A stretch of 52,192 nucleotides of DNA from a virus (Duplodnaviria; Caudoviricetes): positions 1 through 52,192 of the IMG/VR virus record IMGVR_UViG_3300034166_000764. One strand, given 5' to 3'. The notes under the pieces are model-generated. The model was not told the DNA's origin. It ran no database searches and worked only from the letters and a program-made list of their open reading frames with translations. This document shows positions 45,847-52,192 of this stretch, piece after piece. The position numbers were made by a program, and so were the translations under genes. How positions within the stretch are numbered: position 1 is the first letter of the stretch; the number at the start of each line of letters is the position of its first letter.

Positions 45847-46088
45847 TAATTATCAGCTCCTAAGATTGGTTGTTGTAAGTTATCTGTATCTACAATAAAC
45901 AGATGTAAGTTACCACCTAGTTTTTGTTGTAGTACAGCGTATGCTACATTGATAGCACTCTCCACCACTGTAGAAGCTGTAAGGTTAGTTAAATGTGGGC
46001 TTAGATCCCTCACTACCTTCTCAGCTCTCTCAATGAACTCAGTACCTATTCTTAATGTTTTTACTTCTTTATCTTCTTCTTTTACCAT
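45846..46088 (-). CDS. Possible ribbon-helix-helix regulator
   Basis: Start moved to ATG 46088 (AAGGAGG RBS); KTLRI strand then two helices. Confidence 0.45.
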   Translation of the reverse strand: MVKEEDKEVKTLRIGTEFIERAEKVVRDLSPHLTNLTASTVVESAINVAYAVLQQKLGGNLHLFIVDTDNLQQPILGADN

Positions 46089-46098
46089 TATATCCTCC

Positions 46099-46863
46099 TT
46101 ATCTATTGTCAAATGCCTGTCTTGATAGCTTATCAAAGTTATCATTGAATGTGTCAAAGTATGCAAAGTCCTTAGCTAGATGAGGTAATATCTCTCTATC
46201 TAGGTTAGGGAATAGCAGTTCATAATCCACACCAGTACCATTTGAGATGTCTTGCTTCTTCTTTAGCATCTCAGTAAGCAATGTACCATTGATTGTATCC
46301 ATTGGATTCTGAGAGAAGTCAAAGTTAGCTTTATTATCTATCTTTAAAGTAAGTATCTCTACATCATTACCAAAGTTATTTTTTTCTTCAGGATTATTAA
46401 CATAACCTCTCATAGCATAGTAGTTACCAAAGAAAGCAGTTAGTTTATTTAAGTATACTGATTTGTTATCAGCACCTTTAACACCTAAAGTACAAGACTT
46501 AGATTTAACTGATACGTTTGGTTTGCCAGATTTAGTTTCACCTTCAAAGATATTAAAGTTAGAAGTCTCACCTAGCTTAGTTGATTCTTTCTGATCTCCT
46601 AAGTATCTACTGATGTAGAACCCTTTAGGGGTAAACTTCTTATTATCTATCTTAGATAATATAGGTAACTCTTTAGACTTGTCTCTGTAACCTTTGTAGA
46701 AAGCTACTGGATATTCCTTACCATCTTCTAACAACACTCCATAACCTCTATAAGTATCTAGTATACTATCAGGCTTACCGTCCTTACCTTTAAACACTAC
46801 ATCTTTAGCTATTTCTAACCTAATTTCTAATTCCATTATTTTTTCCTCTTTCTTTCTATCCAT
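46099..46863 (-). CDS. Hypothetical protein in the replication module
   Basis: 254-aa ORF; start probably at 46836; no recognised motif. Confidence 0.65.
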   Translation of the reverse strand: MDRKKEEKIMELEIRLEIAKDVVFKGKDGKPDSILDTYRGYGVLLEDGKEYPVAFYKGYRDKSKELPILSKIDNKKFTPKGFYISRYLGDQKESTKLGETSNFNIFEGETKSGKPNVSVKSKSCTLGVKGADNKSVYLNKLTAFFGNYYAMRGYVNNPEEKNNFGNDVEILTLKIDNKANFDFSQNPMDTINGTLLTEMLKKKQDISNGTGVDYELLFPNLDREILPHLAKDFAYFDTFNDNFDKLSRQAFDNR

Positions 46864-47021
46864 TCATCTACAGCTTTTATAGTAAATCCTTCTGTTCTTT
46901 GGTTAATATCTACACATTTCTCAATAGCAGCAAATATTCCATCAGCAGGTTTAACTACATTCAATAAGTCTTTTTCATTAGACTCATTTAAAGCATTTAT
47001 ATTATGTCTCACTACTATCAC
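46836..47021 (-). CDS. Hypothetical protein
   Basis: 61-aa ORF filling the gap in the operon. Confidence 0.45.
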   Translation of the reverse strand: MIVVRHNINALNESNEKDLLNVVKPADGIFAAIEKCVDINQRTEGFTIKAVDEWIERKRKK

Positions 47022-47232
47022 CTACATTCTTCAAATCATCACCTATTCTATTTAAAGTATCAATGTCTTTAGAATCTACTATAGCATTAACAGCTAGCTC
47101 AGCTATCTTACACAACTTATCTTTATCCCAATGAGGATTAAAAGCTATAGCTAGTGTAAATACACCATCATGTAATCCATAAGTAGCTTCATCTAAAGCT
47201 ATGTAGTATCTATTAGTTAATTTATCGTTCAT
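47002..47232 (-). CDS. Hypothetical protein
   Basis: 76-aa coupled ORF. Confidence 0.6.
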   Translation of the reverse strand: MNDKLTNRYYIALDEATYGLHDGVFTLAIAFNPHWDKDKLCKIAELAVNAIVDSKDIDTLNRIGDDLKNVGDSSET

Positions 47233-48401
47233 AAATATACTGGGAAATACTTATAAAAGTTAGTTTCCCTTCTCCCTTTACTATCTATATAATAGCTTAT
47301 AGCTTGTGAAGCTTTGCTATTAAACCCTAACGTATCAGCGTATCCATCTTGTCCACAGAGAGAACCATTAGTAACTATCTTTCCATCCATATAAGAATTA
47401 CTCTCATGGTAATGACCCATTCTAAAGAAGTCTATATTCTTTTTTAACTGAACTGATCTATTAGCAATGTGAGTAAGGATAGATTTAGGATTGTTACTCT
47501 TAATCATATCTCCATGTTCATATACTATAGTATTACCATAAAGCTCTACTACACTATAATTGACTTCTGAAATATCCCATACTACATTATTGTACCCAGA
47601 TTTATTACTTAGTAACATTAAGATATTATAAATAATCCAGGTAACATTATTCTTAGCAGCATGACTAAATGATTTATGTTCTTGAGTCCTATCATGGTTT
47701 CCAGTAACCCCAACAACCTTTACATTAATCCCCTTAGAGGCAGCATACGCAAAGACAGGACTCAAGATATCTTCAAACAGTGATATGGTAGAATAAGTTA
47801 TTTGTTCACTGTTTCCAAACTCACAACCTACAGCAGACTCTAAGCCGTGCATAGTGTATGATTCTATAATATCACCCATAAGAGCTATGATTACATTCTC
47901 TACATTAAAGATTTTAGATTCATTCTCTATCTCTTTTATAAGAACATCAGCAAGCTCTACTAGCCTAGCTCTAGCTACCTCAAGATTGAATGTAGCAGTC
48001 TTCTTACCAAAGTGCAGATCGCTAAGAAGCAACTCAATAGACATACTATGTTTGTTATTAACTTTCTTTTCATTATGTTTGACAGTCCTCGGCTTTATCT
48101 TATCTACTATGTCATTAACAGCTATCAGTATATCATCTAATAATAGATGTTTCTCTGCTATGTTGTTAAGGTTCTTAGCTACTTCTCTATTCCTAGCAGT
48201 TAGTCTAACATTAGTTTTAATTACATTGATCTGGTTCTTATCAGATACATAGTAACCATATCTAGAGTAAGCCACAGATAAAGCACTACAGCTTTTATCG
48301 TCACTGAATTTTTTATTATATTTATCTTTAATTACATCCCAATCTAAACCTTGTAGTTTAAGATCGTGTATAAATAGTATATGTTCTTCTTGATAACTCA
48401 T
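47229..48401 (-). CDS. Calcineurin-like metallophosphoesterase with N-terminal HTH-like region
   Basis: SDLHFG, GDIIE, GNHDR, EHGD, GHYH. Confidence 0.9.
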   Translation of the reverse strand: MSYQEEHILFIHDLKLQGLDWDVIKDKYNKKFSDDKSCSALSVAYSRYGYYVSDKNQINVIKTNVRLTARNREVAKNLNNIAEKHLLLDDILIAVNDIVDKIKPRTVKHNEKKVNNKHSMSIELLLSDLHFGKKTATFNLEVARARLVELADVLIKEIENESKIFNVENVIIALMGDIIESYTMHGLESAVGCEFGNSEQITYSTISLFEDILSPVFAYAASKGINVKVVGVTGNHDRTQEHKSFSHAAKNNVTWIIYNILMLLSNKSGYNNVVWDISEVNYSVVELYGNTIVYEHGDMIKSNNPKSILTHIANRSVQLKKNIDFFRMGHYHESNSYMDGKIVTNGSLCGQDGYADTLGFNSKASQAISYYIDSKGRRETNFYKYFPVYL

Positions 48402-49561
48402 ACATACTCCCTTAGAAGGTCTTTGAAATCAGGATTCTTTAAAGCTCTCAATGCTCTAGATACTACCCCTTTACCAAACTCTTCAATCAAACTTCTCTTA
48501 CTTGTTTTAGTATAACCAAACAATCCAAATAGTCTACAGATAACTAACTCATTAATTTCACCTAAAGTAGATAAAGCTCTTTTAAGATCAATAAGATAGT
48601 CGTTATCCTCTGTAACGCTTGTTTTATCATGCTTTACGATAGATACTGAGTTAGTATATTTAGTAATATATTTTAAGTCTTTCTTAGTTAAGTTAGTCAT
48701 CTTCTCATCATTGAGAGAAGTACCATCAAAATTACTTCTAGTAGCTTTCATAATGTTAGTAACTCTCTTAACTGGAACTATAGTGTTGTAAGTAACTACC
48801 TCATTGACTAAAGCTTGAGCATATACGTTTCTAAAAGCATAATGTATATTATCATAATTTGAATAGTGTTTAACTAACTGTAGCACTGCTGCATTAAAAC
48901 AAGACTCTGCTACATTAGGATCTTGTGTGTATCTTGTAGCAAAGTTAGACTTATAACTCTTCAACTGTTCACAAAGTCTAACTATCCATCCAGAATGTTC
49001 ATCACCAGAGCTGGTAGCTGCTTTAGTAACCAACTCTTTCAATGACATCTTTCTGGACTTTCCCACACTAGCAGTGTTACCACTAACTAGAATACCCTTT
49101 AACTTCTTTAACATCTCATACTTACTACCTTCTAAGTTAAACTTAGCTATACACTCCTTAAGAGAAGGGTACTTAAAGTTACCACTAGCATTAGGTATAG
49201 CTACATGATCTCTAGCTAGTTCTAGTAGATCAACAAGAACTATAGCTGGAGTAGGTCTATTAACTTTAAAGTATAAACTAGCTAACATAGTATCTTGGAA
49301 GTCTTTGTTAATAGTATAGGTGCTAAACCCTTCTGAACCATCATTAAGAATGTCGGTTATTTCTTTAATAGTGTAGCCTTTAGCAAGCTTCTCATCAGTA
49401 ATACCGTTGATAGCAGTGATATGAGCTGGTACTGTGTAACCTTCTGCTTGTTTAATGTAGTGTGTATTATCATCAATCACAACCGCTAGCACGTTAGGTG
49501 TGCTAGGGTCTTTATAGTTATGGGTTTTTAACAGCCCATCTGTTTCAAAGTATAGTATCAT
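48398..49561 (-). CDS. Degenerate DnaQ/DEDDh-fold domain fused to a sigma-70-like factor
   Basis: N-terminus: ILYFETDGL, YIK..GYTVPAHITAINGITDEKL, FKYPSLKE; C-terminus: region-2-like ALVNEVVTYNTIVPV and region-4-like LKRALSTLGEINELVICRLFGLFG...RALRALKNP..KDLLREYV. Confidence 0.65.
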   Translation of the reverse strand: MILYFETDGLLKTHNYKDPSTPNVLAVVIDDNTHYIKQAEGYTVPAHITAINGITDEKLAKGYTIKEITDILNDGSEGFSTYTINKDFQDTMLASLYFKVNRPTPAIVLVDLLELARDHVAIPNASGNFKYPSLKECIAKFNLEGSKYEMLKKLKGILVSGNTASVGKSRKMSLKELVTKAATSSGDEHSGWIVRLCEQLKSYKSNFATRYTQDPNVAESCFNAAVLQLVKHYSNYDNIHYAFRNVYAQALVNEVVTYNTIVPVKRVTNIMKATRSNFDGTSLNDEKMTNLTKKDLKYITKYTNSVSIVKHDKTSVTEDNDYLIDLKRALSTLGEINELVICRLFGLFGYTKTSKRSLIEEFGKGVVSRALRALKNPDFKDLLREYV

Positions 49562-49562
49562 A

Positions 49563-49823
49563 CTAGAATCCTTTTTTAGTTTTAGGTTTAGCTACTGCTT
49601 TAGTCTTAGGTAAGTTCTTTTGAATCACTGCTGACAGTGCTACTAAAGCTTTATCATAATCTAGGTTACCTGTTAGCTCGTAGTCAAATTCAGTTTTAAC
49701 TCTTTTAACAAAACCTTCAGCTAACCTATTACCAACTTCTTCAAACACTTCTGTATCCCACAGTAAATCATTTAATACTCTGTCTATAATTGGTGTCACT
49801 AAGTTTGATATAAATATTTTCAT
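49563..49823 (-). CDS. Hypothetical protein
   Basis: 86 aa with AGGAG RBS and basic tail. Confidence 0.65.
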   Translation of the reverse strand: MKIFISNLVTPIIDRVLNDLLWDTEVFEEVGNRLAEGFVKRVKTEFDYELTGNLDYDKALVALSAVIQKNLPKTKAVAKPKTKKGF

Positions 49824-49859
49824 TTTAATAATTCTCCTATTGTTGTTATACCCGATTTC

Positions 49860-51104
49860 TTAATAATTATAACCTACCACCTCATTAAATACTTGTCCAT
49901 TAATATTAGTAAATGGCATCAGTGTACTCTCATTCATACCACCACCAAACTCATGTCTATTTTTTAAGCATTGTAGATCCACTCTGTTACGTTCCTCAGT
50001 CTTAGTTATAGTAATGATTTGACTAGCAGCATCTTTAGTCTGCCCTGAACCTTTAATGTCATCATAAGACTTAATAGTCTTAGAACTGCTGCCACTATCT
50101 ACAGAGGACTTTCTTAGCTGTGCTAAGCAGATAGCTATAGCACCTTCATCTATACAATACTTCTTTAGACCTAATACAAACTCATCAAACTTAGCTATGT
50201 CTGTATTACCAGTAACCATGTTAAGATGATCTACAAAGATAAACTTATACTTCTTCTTGTAAAGCATTGGTAAGAAGTCATCTATGTTAGGGTGACAGCC
50301 AAAGTCAATATCCATATCATACACAGAGTCTTGTAAGTCATTAATGATAGCTATATCATCCCTGTTGGGGCTTTCCACTGACTTCATATTAAATGTTAAT
50401 CTACCTTTCCTTGTAGCCAACTGTACTAAAAGCTTTCTCATTAATACATTAGAATCCATCTCTAAACTGTTATAGAAGCAAGGGTAGTGTCTACTAAAGT
50501 CTTCTAGTAGATTAAGAGCAAAGGTAGTCTTACCACAACCAGTACCAGCAGTCAATACCAGTATATCATTCTCTCTCAGCCCACCACCAAAGCATCTATT
50601 TAAAGAATCATATCTAGTAGGGTAGATGATAGATTTACCAGTCTCTAAGTAGTCTACAGCCTGCTCTAACACCTTATCAAATGCTTGCTTAACACTCTTA
50701 GGTTCATCTATTCTAGGTAGTCTAGCTATGTTCTTATTCAGTACAGCAAGGTGTTTATCAAACTTCTCTGGTGAGTCTAGAACTGCTTGGTTAAACACTT
50801 CTAAGAATCCAGTAGTCTTTAGTTTCTTATAATTATCTAAGCTACCTTTAAGATATATTACTTTCTGCTCTTGAGGTAAGTTTTTAAACAACTGATATTC
50901 TTCTGATGTGGTTAGTTCAGCTACATAAGTAAGCTCACTATCAGTAAGTGATTGCATACCTTGACCATCTTGTATACTCTTAAGTATGTTCACCGACATA
51001 GTGTCATCAAAGAAGTCTAAAGGAAGAGTAGATACCTTCTTAGATATATACTGATCCATAGTACCATCTAATGGTGTTATAGCTAACAGTTCTTTATTAT
51101 ACAT
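49860..51104 (-). CDS. DnaB-like replicative helicase
   Basis: Walker A AGTGCGKT, SLEM, FVDHL, LAQLRK, DIKGSG, KNRH. Confidence 0.92.
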   Translation of the reverse strand: MYNKELLAITPLDGTMDQYISKKVSTLPLDFFDDTMSVNILKSIQDGQGMQSLTDSELTYVAELTTSEEYQLFKNLPQEQKVIYLKGSLDNYKKLKTTGFLEVFNQAVLDSPEKFDKHLAVLNKNIARLPRIDEPKSVKQAFDKVLEQAVDYLETGKSIIYPTRYDSLNRCFGGGLRENDILVLTAGTGCGKTTFALNLLEDFSRHYPCFYNSLEMDSNVLMRKLLVQLATRKGRLTFNMKSVESPNRDDIAIINDLQDSVYDMDIDFGCHPNIDDFLPMLYKKKYKFIFVDHLNMVTGNTDIAKFDEFVLGLKKYCIDEGAIAICLAQLRKSSVDSGSSSKTIKSYDDIKGSGQTKDAASQIITITKTEERNRVDLQCLKNRHEFGGGMNESTLMPFTNINGQVFNEVVGYNY

Positions 51105-52074
51105 TGTTTACATCCTTCTCTATCTCTCTAACACTCATAGACCTGATCTGAGCTAGGTCTAAACTCATCTGCTTTCTATGTAACATAAATTTACATGACC
51201 TTATCAATCTAATAATATCTAAATCATTATACCCATGATTAAGCATCCACATAACTACTCCTATCTTAACATAGTTATTATCATTATACAAACACTCACC
51301 AAAATCTTTACCAGAATAATCATAACAATACACTGGAACTCCTACAGCTATTAGTTTCTTTAACAGCTCATATTGTGCCTGTAAACCTGATTTATCATTA
51401 TCAAGAGCTAATATAATATCTCTTCCTAAGTCTTTTAACTGTTTAATCTGCTGCTCACTAGCAACACAACCACCTAAAGCTACACAATCTAAATCTTCTT
51501 GTTTAGCTAAGATAGAATCAATGTAAGACTCTACCACTACTACAGGTGCTTGTCTATTAGTGATGTTGTCTAATCCCATCAGCACCTCTGACTTACCACC
51601 ATCACTACTATACCTATACTCTTTTCTGTAAATGTCTCTAGTCATATGGAACTTATACTTTTTATTTTTAGATATTGGAAATACTATAGCAGATCCAAGT
51701 GCAGCAAGCCTATAGTCATCTATAGAGTCATCAGTAATACCTCTAGAATAGAGGAACTTCTTATGTGCTTCAGTTAATGGTTCAAACTCTGGTGATTCCT
51801 CTAACTCTATTTTATCATACTTTATCTCAAACATATCAGCTATTTCTTTAGCTGCTTGAGTGTAGTTTAAGTCATTTAGTTGAGAATAGTATCTAATAAT
51901 GTCTGACCTTTCACCACAAGCAAAGCAGAAAGCAAAGTCATCATTCACTATCATAGAGGGAATCGTATCATTATGAAACGGACATCGTATCATTTTCTTA
52001 GTTATCCTAATGTTGAGTTTGGATAAAAAATTCTCGAATGTGATCTGGCTTTTTATATCATTAAATAACTTCAT
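51097..52074 (-). CDS. DnaG-like primase (CHC2 zinc finger plus TOPRIM)
   Basis: CPFHNDTIPS...CFAC; VVESYID; ALDNDKSG. Confidence 0.92.
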   Translation of the reverse strand: MKLFNDIKSQITFENFLSKLNIRITKKMIRCPFHNDTIPSMIVNDDFAFCFACGERSDIIRYYSQLNDLNYTQAAKEIADMFEIKYDKIELEESPEFEPLTEAHKKFLYSRGITDDSIDDYRLAALGSAIVFPISKNKKYKFHMTRDIYRKEYRYSSDGGKSEVLMGLDNITNRQAPVVVVESYIDSILAKQEDLDCVALGGCVASEQQIKQLKDLGRDIILALDNDKSGLQAQYELLKKLIAVGVPVYCYDYSGKDFGECLYNDNNYVKIGVVMWMLNHGYNDLDIIRLIRSCKFMLHRKQMSLDLAQIRSMSVREIEKDVNNV

Positions 52075-52192
52075 TCATGTAACCCTCGTCATAAAACTGT
52101 ATGAGCCTTTCCTCAAACTTAGCAAAGTTCTCTGCTATCTCTTCAGGAGTAAACAAATAACTTTTAAACTCATCTTTAGGTAAGGCTACAGT
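52000..52192. repeat. Terminal overlap, copy 2
   Basis: Duplicate of 1-193. Confidence 0.95.

Noticed and set aside
47854-48252. 132-aa plus-strand ORF
   Set aside because: Antisense to the metallophosphoesterase
52000-52192. Physical direct terminal repeat
   Set aside because: Falls within primase and exonuclease coding sequence in mid-operon; assembly circularity is more likely
1-52192. Alternative genetic code or phage-encoded RNA polymerase
   Set aside because: Standard-code ORFs tile the genome with full-length marker genes; the only polymerase motifs found are DNA PolA

Overview
The window looks like a complete, circularly permuted, AT-rich dsDNA tailed-phage genome of about 52.0 kb. 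Bases 1-193 recur at 52000-52192 with one mismatch. No integrase and no RNA polymerase were recognised, so it is probably lytic. There is no tape-measure gene, and the P22/T7-style ejection and tail-nozzle genes suggest a podovirus-like virion. A minus-strand arm runs 14530->1 and wraps round 52192->44530. It carries small early genes, class I RNR (nrdA with a LAGLIDADG intein, nrdB), PolA, an exonuclease, primase, DnaB helicase, a phosphoesterase, SpeD, a resolvase and a MazG-like enzyme. A plus-strand arm (about 17190-44533) carries packaging, head, lysis, ejection and tail genes. A 2.6 kb repeat-rich non-coding region separates the two arms. The strongest candidate for an undescribed system is a protein (48398-49561) that fuses an apparently inactivated DnaQ/DEDDh exonuclease fold to a divergent sigma-70-like domain. 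It goes with a fixed-spacing motif, RGTAAC-N14-TGWWAYACTAT, found six times upstream of late modules and often positioned to give leaderless mRNAs. Other notable items are a separately promoted tRNA-like RNA with a shortened anticodon arm, a stand-alone TyrRS-type S4 domain, repeated pseudoknot-like leaders in the early region, and a cassette captured between 87-bp direct repeats. All family calls come from motifs recognised by eye; no database search was run.
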